This document shows, piece by piece, positions 29,149-38,872 of a stretch of 64,000 bases of DNA. Source of the DNA: an uncultured Verrucomicrobiota bacterium (GTDB lineage: Bacteria > Verrucomicrobiota > Verrucomicrobiia > Limisphaerales > CAIMTB01); NCBI GenBank assembly GCA_942490575.1, contig CALNYA010000069.1:53901-117900 (forward strand), in the 5' to 3' direction. The notes beneath the pieces were generated by a model. It was not told where the DNA came from and searched no databases. It was given only the letters and a program-made list of their open reading frames with translations. Both the position numbers and the translations under genes were made by a program. Numbering within the stretch: the first letter of the stretch is position 1; every line of letters begins with the position of its first letter.

Positions 29149-30084
29149 CTACTTGGTCATCGCCGGGCGGGGGCGGGGTTTGTGGAGGGCCAGGACGTCG
29201 GTCTGGTGCCGATCGCCATGTCGGTGTCCGCCATTCTTGGCGTGGCTGAAATACGGTGAATTGTCCGTGTCGGAGGGTTTGCCGGTTCTCACCTCGTCGA
29301 CCAATTCGGCGACGCTGTGGAGGATGCGGCTGGGTTGGTAGACGTAGTCGCCGACATCTTCGAGTTGGGTCGAGCCGGTAAGGACGAGGTAGGCGAGCAG
29401 CCCGGTTTCCACGGCGCCGCGGATGTCGGTTTCCATCGTGTCCCCGATCATGGCGACGTTCTCGATCCGGTTGAGGGCGGTATCGGAGAGGCGCTGGCGG
29501 GCGCGGTGGAACATGTAGGCGTTCGGCTTGCCAAGGTAATAGGCGCGGCGCCCCGTGCTGGATTCCAGGTAGGCGGCGATCGCGCCCGCGCCGGGCCGGG
29601 TTTTCTGGCTGGCGACCGGGCACCAGTTGTCGGGGTTGGTGGCCACGAGTCGCGCGCCTTTCTCGATGAGCTCGTGGGCCTTGGTGAGCCTCTCGGTGGT
29701 GGCGGCGCCCTCGCCGACGACGACGTAGTTCGGGTGGATGCCGTCGCTGGCGATCTTGCGCTCGTGGAGGGCGGCGAGCAGGCCGCCTTCGCCGACCACG
29801 AAGGCGGTGCAATTCGGGTGTGTTTCGCCGAGGAAATCGGCGGTGTTCATGGCGGATGTGTAGAAGTGCCTCGGGGTGAGACCCTGCACGCCGAGATGCT
29901 TCAATCGGACGGTCAAGTCCTCGCCGGTGGGAGCGGAATTGTTCGTGAGGAAGAGAAACGGCGTGGCCGTCGTTACGAGCGCCGTGACGAAATCGGCGGC
30001 CCCGGGAATGAGTTGATTCTCCCGGTAGATCACGCCGTCCATGTCGATCAAGTATCCAATCTTCATAAGCAAGTGCTTCTCCAT
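29149..30084 (-). CDS. HAD-IIA family sugar-phosphatase (NagD-like)
   Basis: YLIDMDGVIY (DxDG motif), ...FLTNNS..., ...GKPN..., ...MIGDTMETDIRGA... The alternative start is MKIGYLID at 30066. Confidence 0.85.
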   Translation of the reverse strand: MEKHLLMKIGYLIDMDGVIYRENQLIPGAADFVTALVTTATPFLFLTNNSAPTGEDLTVRLKHLGVQGLTPRHFYTSAMNTADFLGETHPNCTAFVVGEGGLLAALHERKIASDGIHPNYVVVGEGAATTERLTKAHELIEKGARLVATNPDNWCPVASQKTRPGAGAIAAYLESSTGRRAYYLGKPNAYMFHRARQRLSDTALNRIENVAMIGDTMETDIRGAVETGLLAYLVLTGSTQLEDVGDYVYQPSRILHSVAELVDEVRTGKPSDTDNSPYFSHAKNGGHRHGDRHQTDVLALHKPRPRPAMTK

Positions 30085-30220
30085 GCGAGACGGGGGGTGG
30101 GGCGATCACCTCGAACTTGGAATCGGGTGAGCGGCCGGGCCAGCGGGATTGGCGCCCGGCGCGGGGAAGATGGCGGCTCGGAGGCGGGGATGCAACCGAC
30201 GATCTCGCGATGGTGAGTGA

Positions 30221-31165
30221 CTATCCGGAATCACCAGCGCGTCGAGGGCGGAACAGCGCCGCGGCGCCGACGATCCCGGCGGTGTTCCCCAGGCGGGCGG
30301 GGACGATCTCCACAGCCGAGGAGGTGAACTGAGTGGCACGAGCGAGGCGTTCCCGCATCGGGCCCGCGAATCGCTCGAACTCGGTGTCCATGATGCCGCC
30401 GCCCAGGATAAGTCGCCTTGGAAGCAAGGCGTGGAAGATCGTCCAACCGGCGGTGCGGGCGGCGTCCACGGCGCGTCCCACGATGGTTTGCGCCGCCGCG
30501 ACGCCCGCGTCGGCGGCGGCGAAGACTTCGCGCGCGTCTTTCATTCCCAGCGCCTTTCCGGCTTCGCCGATCGCGGAGCCCGAGGCGATGGATTCGAGGC
30601 AGCCCGGGCTGCCGCAGTAGCAGGCTGGACCCTGGGGATCGACGGAGACGTGTCCGAGTTCCGGGTGTTCGCCCGCGACACCGCGCGCGATTCGGCCTTC
30701 CACGACGGTGGCGCCGCCGACGCCGGTTCCGAAGGTGAGCATCACGACCGGAGAAGCCTCCCGGCCGGCTCCGACCCAGCACTCGCCCAGGGCCGCGGCA
30801 TCGGCGTCGTTTTCGAGACGCACGGGAACGCCGAATCGCTCCTTGAGGGGACCGACGATGTCGCACCGATCCCAGCCGGTGAGGGTGAAAGGGTTGTTGA
30901 TCAAGCCCCGGAGGGGATCGACCGGGCCTGCGCATCCGATGCCGATGCCGGCGATGGGGCCCACCTCGGCGGAGCCCGCGGCTTGGGCGGCCACGTCGCT
31001 GATCGTTTCGGAAAGGCGGCGGACCGCCCTGTCGAAACCCAGTTCCGCCTCGGTGGCGAACTCCGCGCGGGCGAGAATCAGGCCCGAGGGATCCACGGCG
31101 GCGACGGCGATCTTGGTGCCGCCGATGTCGACGCCGATGAGGGGGCTGATGGGTCCGGTATTCAT
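30221..31165 (-). CDS. ROK-family sugar kinase
   Basis: IGVDIGGTKIAVAAV..., ...GIGCAGPVD..., ...LENDADAAALGE..., a GHVSVDPQGPACYCGSPGCLE zinc motif. It shares an ATGA overlap with the upstream stop. Confidence 0.85.
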   Translation of the reverse strand: MNTGPISPLIGVDIGGTKIAVAAVDPSGLILARAEFATEAELGFDRAVRRLSETISDVAAQAAGSAEVGPIAGIGIGCAGPVDPLRGLINNPFTLTGWDRCDIVGPLKERFGVPVRLENDADAAALGECWVGAGREASPVVMLTFGTGVGGATVVEGRIARGVAGEHPELGHVSVDPQGPACYCGSPGCLESIASGSAIGEAGKALGMKDAREVFAAADAGVAAAQTIVGRAVDAARTAGWTIFHALLPRRLILGGGIMDTEFERFAGPMRERLARATQFTSSAVEIVPARLGNTAGIVGAAALFRPRRAGDSG

Positions 31166-33549
31166 GGGATTGGCGCCTCGATGAAATGCCGTCGGTCGGC
31201 TTCCAAGTCGAGAACCCGGGTGATTTGTCCGCCGGGCCAGCGGACCTCGACTTCATCCACCCGGGTCGCGTCGCCCAGGCCGAATCGCGCCACCAGGGGC
31301 GCCTGGGACCGGTACCCGACGCCGGTGACCAAAGTCCGCGCCTGCCGACCGGCCGCGTCCCGGATTTGGACGGTGGCTCCGACGATGGCGGGCGAACCCC
31401 GGGGGGCGCGCGGTTGGATTTCCATCCAGTGTCCATCGCGCGGCAGGGTGTTCTCCAGGAGTCGGAGGGTCTGGCGAGGCGTGGGCCAGACTTCGAAAGT
31501 GCTGACCAGAAGGTCCATGTCGCCGTCGCCGTCGAAATCGTCGGCCAGCACGTTGCGGCAGTCGTTTTCCAACGCCAGGCCGAGGACATGCGATGCGTCG
31601 ACGAAACGCGTCCCGCCGAGGTTGAGGTAGAGCCGGTTCTTCTCGTAGCCGCCGTACGACCAGCCTTGGGCGCGGGTGGTGGCGAATTTGGAGGAGAAAT
31701 AGGCGTCGACGGACGGTTTCGGCGTGGAATCGCCCACGTAGATGTCGTGCAGCCAGAATTCCCGTTCGTAGTCCCGCACCGACGGCCGGGTTTCATGTCC
31801 ATTGACCACGTGGATCTCGGGGAAGCGGTCGTTGTTGAGGTCGATGTCGGCGGCGCTCCAGGCCCACCCCGCCCGGGCGACTTGGGCGCTCACGTCGCGT
31901 TGGCGGAGCCCGTGGCCGTCACCGAAATAGAGACGATTGCCGAACGTGCTGCGCGCGCGTTCCGCCCGCCACGATTCGCGCCCCGGACGTTCGGCACCCA
32001 GCGCTTCGAGCCGGTCCGCGGTGGGTTGCGGCATGCCCGCCACGAAGCAGTCCAGCGCGCCGTCCGCGTCGAAATCGGAGAACAGATGGGACATTCCGAA
32101 GGCGCGCGGATCGTCGATCCAGGTCGAGGAACGATCGGTGAAACGGCCGAGTCCGTTGTTTTCGTGGATATCCACTCCGGCGAAATCGCTCGTGACCAGG
32201 AGATCGAGGTCTCCGTCGGAGTCGAGGTCGACGAAGGACGCGGCGTAACTGCGCCGGTGCCTCTTGGGGGAGAGTCCGGACTCCGAGGTGGCGTCATCGA
32301 AAGTTCCGTCGCCCCGATTGCGAAGCAGGAAGGCGGGAGGCCCGTCGAGGGCGTCGAAGAAGGGGCGGGGCATCTGCCCGCTTTCGTAGGGCGTCCGGTA
32401 CTGGCCCAGGAAAACGTCGAGGTCGCCGTCGTGATCGATGTCGCCGCAGGTGATGGCCTGGGCGTAGAGGAGGCGCGCGGGCGCGGTCCAGGCGCGTAGG
32501 GCGGGTTGTTCGAATGCGAGCCCCGGGCCGCCGGGCAGGATGACGATGCCGCCGCGCACCACGCAAAGGAGGTCGTCCTGGCCGTCTCCGGTGAAGTCGG
32601 CGAGGAGCGCGGTGAAGATCAGGCCCGGATGGTGAGGGCTTAGTGGAACGGCCGCCCAGGCGCCATCCGCGCCGCGGAAGACGCGCAGATTGCGGGCGGC
32701 GAGGAGGAATTGGTTTGGAGCGCGGGAGTCGGGGAACGGGGATGCGGCGATGAGCGGATCGATCCAGGTGGTCTTGGGGAAGGGCGGGATTTCGAGGAGG
32801 GCGGATTCCTGAAAGGCCGCTTCGCCGTCGCGGCGGAGGACTTCCCAATGTTCGACCGTCCAGTCGCCCACCGGCGGGATGTCGGGCGCCGGGGCGGCGG
32901 CGGGCCAGTCGATGCGAAGCCTGGCGTCGATCTGGACCCGCGCCGGCGGCAATGGCCGGGTGAAGTGGAGCCTCACATCGAAGTGGCTCGCGGGGTTCCG
33001 GGAATCGGTTGCGGGTTGGAAACGGACGTGGCGCCACTCGCTTTGGTCGAGGCCCCAGCCTTCGGCGCGCCATTCGGCGATGCGCGGGTCCGAGGGGGAA
33101 AGGGGCGACGGCGGAGTGTTGGAGGCGGACGTCCAGCTGTTGATGCCCAGTGGCAGGGAAACTGGTGTGTTCGAGGATGGCACGGCCAGCGAACGGGCCG
33201 GCAATTCGAGGAAGGGTCCGAGTTCCCCGCGATGCCGATTGAGCCGGTCCCAAAAGGACTCGATCCCGGTGGCCCACGCCTGGCCGGCTTCCTCGGCGGC
33301 CCAGGTGGTGAGTTTCACCTCGTTTTCGCGAGTCTCGATGGCGAGGAAATCCTTGAGCACCTCGGGTGACAGCGTGGACGCGGGCGTGGACGCGGTGGGG
33401 GCGAGCGGACCCGGGGCGCCGGTCGCGGGCGTGGCCTGCCGGCGGAGGACGGCTCTCGCGCCGAGGAACGCCAGGATGAGGAGGACGACCAGGATGGGAA
33501 ATCTGGGGGAATACCGGTCGTGCGGCGTCGTTGGGCGTCGGTCGCGCAT
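31162..33549 (-). CDS. CRTAC1-family protein (FG-GAP/VCBS repeats plus ASPIC/UnbV C-terminal domain)
   Basis: It has repeated DxDxDGDxD segments (CGDIDHDGDLDVF, FVDLDSDGDLDLL, FSDFDADGALDCF, DDFDGDGDMDLL). The C-terminus reads ...GVGYRSQAPLVARFGLGDATRVDEVEVRWPGGQ. The likely start is MRDRRPTTPH...FPILVVLLILAFLGA (33549). Confidence 0.85.
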   Translation of the reverse strand: MRDRRPTTPHDRYSPRFPILVVLLILAFLGARAVLRRQATPATGAPGPLAPTASTPASTLSPEVLKDFLAIETRENEVKLTTWAAEEAGQAWATGIESFWDRLNRHRGELGPFLELPARSLAVPSSNTPVSLPLGINSWTSASNTPPSPLSPSDPRIAEWRAEGWGLDQSEWRHVRFQPATDSRNPASHFDVRLHFTRPLPPARVQIDARLRIDWPAAAPAPDIPPVGDWTVEHWEVLRRDGEAAFQESALLEIPPFPKTTWIDPLIAASPFPDSRAPNQFLLAARNLRVFRGADGAWAAVPLSPHHPGLIFTALLADFTGDGQDDLLCVVRGGIVILPGGPGLAFEQPALRAWTAPARLLYAQAITCGDIDHDGDLDVFLGQYRTPYESGQMPRPFFDALDGPPAFLLRNRGDGTFDDATSESGLSPKRHRRSYAASFVDLDSDGDLDLLVTSDFAGVDIHENNGLGRFTDRSSTWIDDPRAFGMSHLFSDFDADGALDCFVAGMPQPTADRLEALGAERPGRESWRAERARSTFGNRLYFGDGHGLRQRDVSAQVARAGWAWSAADIDLNNDRFPEIHVVNGHETRPSVRDYEREFWLHDIYVGDSTPKPSVDAYFSSKFATTRAQGWSYGGYEKNRLYLNLGGTRFVDASHVLGLALENDCRNVLADDFDGDGDMDLLVSTFEVWPTPRQTLRLLENTLPRDGHWMEIQPRAPRGSPAIVGATVQIRDAAGRQARTLVTGVGYRSQAPLVARFGLGDATRVDEVEVRWPGGQITRVLDLEADRRHFIEAPIP

Positions 33550-33572
33550 GGGACCTCGCGGGGCGGGCGAAT

Positions 33573-34268
33573 TCAGGCGGCGGACGCGGGTTTGGGAAGT
33601 CGGTTGGGCACCCGGACGACATCGACGGCGCGACGGAGCTTCCGGACGGCCGCGGTCATGTTGGGTTGGGCGAACAAACCGGTGCCGCTCACGAAGGTGT
33701 CGGCGCCGGCGAGCGCGCATTCACGCGCGGTTTCGGGAACGATTCCGCCGTCGACCTCGATTCGGTAGGCGAGTCCGAGCTCCTCCCGCCAACGCGCCGC
33801 CTGTTGGATCTTGGGCACCGTCTCATGGATGAAGGACTGTCCGCCGAAACCGGGATTGACCGTCATGACGAGGATCAGGTCGGCGAGCCGGAGGAACGGC
33901 TGCGCCATGCGCATCGGGGTGGGAGGGTTGACCGCCACGCCGCATTGGAGGCCGAGCGATTTGATCTTCCAGAGGAGCGGTTCGACGAGGTCGTTGAGTT
34001 CGGCGTGGACGGTGATGAGGTTGGCGCCGGCGCGGGCGAACGGTTCCAAAAGGATTTCCGGCCGCGAACACATCAGGTGGACGTCGAAGAACAGGCGGGT
34101 GAAGGGGCGGATGGAGCGGACGATTCCAGGTCCAAACGAGATATTCGGGACGAAGTGCCCGTCCATGATGTCGAGGTGGAGCCAGTCGGCACCGGAACGC
34201 GACGCGCGGGTGACTTCGCGTTCGAGTCGGGAGAACCGGGCGGCGAGGAGGGATGGGGCGACGATCAC
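33573..34268 (-). CDS. rpe: Ribulose-phosphate 3-epimerase
   Basis: PSLLAARFSRLEREV...ADWLHLDIMDGHFVPNISFGP...DVHLM...VMTVNPGFGGQSF...EVDGG. Confidence 0.95.
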   Translation of the reverse strand: MIVAPSLLAARFSRLEREVTRASRSGADWLHLDIMDGHFVPNISFGPGIVRSIRPFTRLFFDVHLMCSRPEILLEPFARAGANLITVHAELNDLVEPLLWKIKSLGLQCGVAVNPPTPMRMAQPFLRLADLILVMTVNPGFGGQSFIHETVPKIQQAARWREELGLAYRIEVDGGIVPETARECALAGADTFVSGTGLFAQPNMTAAVRKLRRAVDVVRVPNRLPKPASAA

Positions 34269-34278
34269 CGGCGTCAGG

Positions 34279-35397
34279 CTAGGGGCGGGGGCGGCGGGGG
34301 GTCAATCGGGCCTTCCGAGTGGGCGCCTTTCGCGCGCCGGACGACCCGAGGATGGCGCCGAAGTCTTCGACGAAGGCATCGACGTCGCCGGCTTGGGTAT
34401 CCCAGGAGCACATGAGGCGGCAGCCCGTTTCGCCTTCGAACACATAGAAATGCCAGCCCAGTTGGCGGAGAGGCCCGATGGCGCGGGCCGGGAGGTCGAC
34501 GAACACGCCGTTGGCCTGGGGTTGGTGAAGGAACTTGATTCCTGGAAACCGGCGGAGGGCGCGCGCGAGGCGGGAGGCCGTGGCGTTGGCGTGACGGGCA
34601 TTCCGGAGCCAGGCGCCGGTCCCCAGAAGTCCGATCCAGGCGGCGGCCGCGAAGCGCATCTTCGAGGCCAGTTGCCCGGACTGTTTGATGCGGTAATCGA
34701 GTTCGGTCGCGAGATCGGGCTGAAACACGACGAGGGCCTCGCTCGCCAGACCTCCGTTTTTGGTGCCGCCAAGGCTGAGGACGTCAATGCCCGCCTGCCA
34801 GGTGAGGGTCTTGGGCGCGACGTCCAGGGCCGCGACCGCATTGGCGAAGCGGGCGCCGTCGAGGTGGGTGCGGAGTCCGTGGCTTCGCGCGATCTCGGAG
34901 AGCTCCTCCGTCTCCCGGGGTGTGTAGACGGTGCCGCATTCCGTGGACTGAGTGAGGCTGAGGGCGGCGGGTTTCGAGGCGTGGAGCGGAAAGTGATCCC
35001 GGATCCGGGCGTCGACGGCGCGGGGGGTGAGCTTGCCGTGCGAGCCCGCGATGGGGATGAGTTTGGCGCCGCCGCTGAAGAACTCCGGCGCTCCGCATTC
35101 GTCGAGATCGACGTGGGCCGAGGCGTGGCAGAGGACGGCGTGGAACGGACGGCAGATCGACGCGAGGGCGAGGGCGTTGGCGGCGGTTCCGTTGAAGACG
35201 AAAAAGACGGCGCAATCGGTCTCGAACCACTCCCGGATGAGATCGCAGGCGCGGGCGGTCCAGGGGTCCTCGCCGTAGCCGGCGACGTGACCGGCGTTGG
35301 CTTCGGCGAGGGCGTTCCAGACCTCGGGACAGATTCCCGAGTTGTTGTCGCTGGCGAATTGGCGCGGGCGATGGGTGGGGGCGGGGGCGGGGCTCAC
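34279..35397 (-). CDS. ltaE: Low-specificity threonine aldolase / beta-eliminating lyase family (PLP)
   Basis: FASDNNSGICPEVWNAL..., ...FNGTAANALAL..., ...GLRTHLDGARFANA..., ...SLGGTKNGG... Confidence 0.8.
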   Translation of the reverse strand: MSPAPAPTHRPRQFASDNNSGICPEVWNALAEANAGHVAGYGEDPWTARACDLIREWFETDCAVFFVFNGTAANALALASICRPFHAVLCHASAHVDLDECGAPEFFSGGAKLIPIAGSHGKLTPRAVDARIRDHFPLHASKPAALSLTQSTECGTVYTPRETEELSEIARSHGLRTHLDGARFANAVAALDVAPKTLTWQAGIDVLSLGGTKNGGLASEALVVFQPDLATELDYRIKQSGQLASKMRFAAAAWIGLLGTGAWLRNARHANATASRLARALRRFPGIKFLHQPQANGVFVDLPARAIGPLRQLGWHFYVFEGETGCRLMCSWDTQAGDVDAFVEDFGAILGSSGARKAPTRKARLTPRRPRP

Positions 35398-35685
35398 GAT
35401 GCTGGGGTTCGCGGCCGCGACGCCGTGTGGACCGGGTCGCAGCCTGCGGCGGGGTCATTCTGGAGGGTGCGGCCATGAAGGAAAACTCTGGAGTGCACGA
35501 GGCGAACATCCGGTGGAGGAACGAATTTGAGGGAACAAATGGATTGCGCTGGCCCGTCCGTTTGGGCTACTTGCGAATTCAGATTCCCGTGGTTTGCGTG
35601 CTAGGACGCGATCATCGCGGAAAGGTTGGCCCTCGGTCGGGTTGGCGATTTGGAAACTTCATTCGATGCCGGGAAACCGAACAAC

Positions 35686-37965
35686 ATGATGATACAAAGA
35701 CGATCGACACCTTGGATCATTTCCTTCCTGTTCACGTTGAACCTGGCCGCGAACGGCGCCGTGCCCGGCCTCCTCGGCTACGAAGGGCGGGTGTCCGTCG
35801 CGGGAGTGCCGTTCAGTGGCGTCGGGCAATTTCGGTTCGCGCTGGTGAATTCGGCGGGGGATCAAACGCACTGGAGCCACGACGGGACGAGCACCCTGGG
35901 GCAGGCGCCCACATCCTCGGTGGCGATCGATGTGGTGGACGGCGCCTATTCGATACTCCTTGGGGCTTCCTCGGTGGCCAACATGACCGAGCCGCTGACG
36001 GCGGGCGTCTTTGCGAACCGACCTGTCTCCTTGCGGATCTGGTTCGACGATGGTGTGGGCGGCATGGAACGACTCGTGCCCGACCAGCGGCTCACTGATG
36101 TCGGTTTCGCGCTGGTGGCGGGGTCGGTCCTTCCCGGTTCGGTGACAGCGGAGTCGTTGGGTGAGGATCCCCGATTTTTCGGGCGGGTGACCGCGGACGC
36201 CGCTCGGGTGACCCGGCTTTCGGTGGGTACCGACCGGGCGGATGCGCCGGTTCACGTGGCGGCGCGGGTCGCGGCGGGTTCGACGCCCGCGCCGGGCAAC
36301 CATGTCGTGTACATCGAGAACACGAACGACGGCGACAACACCCACGGGATGGCGATCCGTCTGAACAATTCCCCCACGAAAACCTTCGCCGAACTGCTGG
36401 CGAACCCCGACACGCCGCGCCAGATCCTGGCCATCGTCCGGGCGCTGGCTTCGGGGGATCTGACGGCGATTTTCGATTACCAATCGCTGACGGTGGAGGA
36501 ATTGACCCGGAGGGACGTGGAGGCGTTCGACACGGTGAATCGCAGCAACAACTACATCACGTTCTTCAACAACACACGGGGCTTCGCCAACACCGAGATC
36601 GCGGGCCGGATCGAGGGGTTCTCGCCGCTCGATTTCAACCGGCTCCAGGAGGAATTCGCCGCCAGTCGTTGGCGCGCGTTCACAGGGCTTTTCGGACTCT
36701 ATCGGGTGGGAATCACGCTGGATCTGAACGACGACTGGTTCCACCCAGGCCGGTTGCCGGCCTTCGACTTCAATCCGGGACAGTTCCCGGTTTTGAGCGT
36801 CACGCGGGGCCAGTCGCCGTCCGTTGATTTCGATCCCGGAGCTCCGCCTTCGCTCGCGTTCAACGGCGGGGAGAATCCCGATTTCGACCACTCCTTCACC
36901 CGCGGTTCGCTGCCTTCGATCAATTTCGCCACCGCCACCTTCAACCCGGGATCCCTGCCTGGTCTTTCGGTGGACTTCGATCCTGGCGCGGCGCCTTCCG
37001 CCACCCTGAACGCGGGAAGATTGCCGGAACTGGAACTGAACCCCGGCGTGTTTCCCGTGCCGACGCTCGCGGGCGGTCGCCTTCCGAGCCTGGCCGCGAC
37101 CCAGCCTGGGCAGTTGCCGTCCGTCGACGGGCTTCCGGTCACGGTGGAATCGGTGGCGATCGCGTTGGACGAGGAACGGCTCCGTCAGGTTCTGATGGAT
37201 GTGAATCTCACTTTGGAGACCATGCCGATCCAGCATCGTCTCAACCAGGATCCGGCCTACGCGCGTCTTTGGGGTGGCATCACGCTGTTTCAGGGGGGTG
37301 GCGTCACCTACGAGTCCGGCGCGGGCGACTACGCCGAGTGGGTCGAACGACGGGACCCAGGCGAGGAGATCCGGGCGGGCGACGTGGTCGGCCTGCATGG
37401 CGGCAAGGTCAGTCGAGTCACGAAGGGAGCCGACCATCTTCATGTCGTCTCCTGGAATCCCATCGTGCTCGGCAACATGCCTCCCGGTGAGCGCAGGGAA
37501 GCCTACGAGAAGGTGGCCTTCATGGGGCAGGTGCCGGTTCGCGTGCGAGGCGTCGTGCTGGAGGGCGATTTCCTCGTGGCCAGCGGCGAGGATGACGGCG
37601 TCGCCCGGGCCGTGGGCGGGGATTCATTGACGCCCACCCTGCTGGATCAGGTGATCGGGCGCGCCTGGGAGACGTCGACGGAGGAGGGCGAACGGTTTGT
37701 GCGCGCCATGCTGGGCCTTCGACCGAACGAGGTCGCGCCGATGCTGGTTCGTCAGGAGGACGCCATCCGGAGACTCCGGCGGGAGACGGACGAATTAAGA
37801 AATGAGCTGCGATCCAGCCAGGCCCAATTGGTGTCCGTTCTTCAACGGCAGGACGCCCTGCTCGAACGCCTCGCGCGATTCGCCCCGGACCGGTCCGGAG
37901 AGCCCGAACCCACGGAATTCGCCCAAGGCGGCGAAGAGGTCTCCAACCTTCAGGACAACCCGTGA
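35686..37965 (+). CDS. Secreted tail-fibre-like / adhesin-like protein with degenerate PG-x-LP repeats and a C-terminal coiled coil
   Basis: This is the inner start of ORF 35626..37965. MMIQRRSTPWIISFLFTLNLAANG is a signal peptide. The N-terminal LLGYEGRVSVAGVPFSGVGQFRFALVN recalls bacterial tail-fibre-domain proteins. The central region has HPGRLPAFDFNPGQFPVLSVTRGQSPSVDFDPGAPPSLAFNGGENPDF...NPGSLPGLSVDFDPGAAPSATLNAGRLPELELNPGVFPVPTLAGGRLPSLAATQPGQLPSV. The heptad-like C-terminus reads RRLRRETDELRNELRSSQAQLVSVLQRQDALLERL. Confidence 0.5.
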   Translation: MMIQRRSTPWIISFLFTLNLAANGAVPGLLGYEGRVSVAGVPFSGVGQFRFALVNSAGDQTHWSHDGTSTLGQAPTSSVAIDVVDGAYSILLGASSVANMTEPLTAGVFANRPVSLRIWFDDGVGGMERLVPDQRLTDVGFALVAGSVLPGSVTAESLGEDPRFFGRVTADAARVTRLSVGTDRADAPVHVAARVAAGSTPAPGNHVVYIENTNDGDNTHGMAIRLNNSPTKTFAELLANPDTPRQILAIVRALASGDLTAIFDYQSLTVEELTRRDVEAFDTVNRSNNYITFFNNTRGFANTEIAGRIEGFSPLDFNRLQEEFAASRWRAFTGLFGLYRVGITLDLNDDWFHPGRLPAFDFNPGQFPVLSVTRGQSPSVDFDPGAPPSLAFNGGENPDFDHSFTRGSLPSINFATATFNPGSLPGLSVDFDPGAAPSATLNAGRLPELELNPGVFPVPTLAGGRLPSLAATQPGQLPSVDGLPVTVESVAIALDEERLRQVLMDVNLTLETMPIQHRLNQDPAYARLWGGITLFQGGGVTYESGAGDYAEWVERRDPGEEIRAGDVVGLHGGKVSRVTKGADHLHVVSWNPIVLGNMPPGERREAYEKVAFMGQVPVRVRGVVLEGDFLVASGEDDGVARAVGGDSLTPTLLDQVIGRAWETSTEEGERFVRAMLGLRPNEVAPMLVRQEDAIRRLRRETDELRNELRSSQAQLVSVLQRQDALLERLARFAPDRSGEPEPTEFAQGGEEVSNLQDNP

Positions 37966-38627
37966 GCCGCGTGAATTCATTATCTGGAACCAGGAACAGA
38001 GGAACCGCGACGGCATCCGGTTGGAGCGGGGATCACCCCGCCCAACCGTCCGCGACTCCGAAGCCTGCGAACCCTCTTTCCGCCCAATCCGTCCTCCGGC
38101 ACGCCGGCCGTTTTCGACGCGGGCCCGTCCTCCACGGTTTGGCGTGCGGCGCGATGGCGCTCGCGGCCTGGCTGGGGCCAGGCGCCTCCGGACACGCCGC
38201 CTCCTACGGACACTCCGGAAGCGTGGTTCTCAGCGCACCCCGCCGGCAGGCTTCGTCGGGGGGCGGTGTCACGCACTCGGGCGCCGTCGCGCTGGCCAGG
38301 AAACGCGCTCAGGCCAGTCGGACCTACTCCCAGGATGGACATGTCACACCGTCCCCCGCGCAGGACTCCATCGTGCTGCCGGTCGCCGCCCGCGAGTCGT
38401 TCCAGATCGTGTTCCCTTTGGTTCGAGCGTGGGAGGGGCGCACCGAATTCAGGCTCTGGCTGACGACGAAGCCGGGCGTTGGCTACCAACTCCATCGGAG
38501 CGAGGACTACAACGTGTGGACGGCGGTGCGGGAATTCATCGGACGGTCGGGGGCGGTGGAGGTGCATGATTTTCCACCCGCGGGGGGGAGGGCCTTTTTT
38601 TACCGGGCGATCGAGCGACCTGATTGA
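37962..38627 (+). CDS. Hypothetical secreted protein coupled to the tail-fibre-like gene
   Basis: The GTG at 37962 overlaps the upstream TGA (GTGA). The protein has a hydrophobic segment LHGLACGAMALAAWLGPGA and a C-terminal domain ending GGRAFFYRAIERPD. Confidence 0.4.
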   Translation: MSRVNSLSGTRNRGTATASGWSGDHPAQPSATPKPANPLSAQSVLRHAGRFRRGPVLHGLACGAMALAAWLGPGASGHAASYGHSGSVVLSAPRRQASSGGGVTHSGAVALARKRAQASRTYSQDGHVTPSPAQDSIVLPVAARESFQIVFPLVRAWEGRTEFRLWLTTKPGVGYQLHRSEDYNVWTAVREFIGRSGAVEVHDFPPAGGRAFFYRAIERPD

Positions 38628-38872
38628 AGGCTCCCGGATTCATTCGCCGGATTGAGTTCGGGACCACGCCGTACTTTCCGGAAAGTCCCGGGTAGCCGGC
38701 GGGATCGGATGACGACTCCCCGTCGGAGCGCGTGCCTGGCCGCCTGGTCAGCCGTGGCGTCCGCGCCGATGGGTGCCCCGCCGTCGACGGGTATCTTGCG
38801 GGCTTGGGGCGGGGCGTCGCCCCGTGGATGTCCTCGGCGCTCGGGAGTGACGGGCGCGCCGTCGCGCATTTC

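Noticed and set aside
31186-35478. Long + strand ORFs 31186..32499, 32879..33832, 33531..34415 and 33811..35478
   Set aside because: They are antisense to well-supported minus-strand genes (CRTAC1-family, rpe, threonine aldolase) and have shadow-ORF composition.
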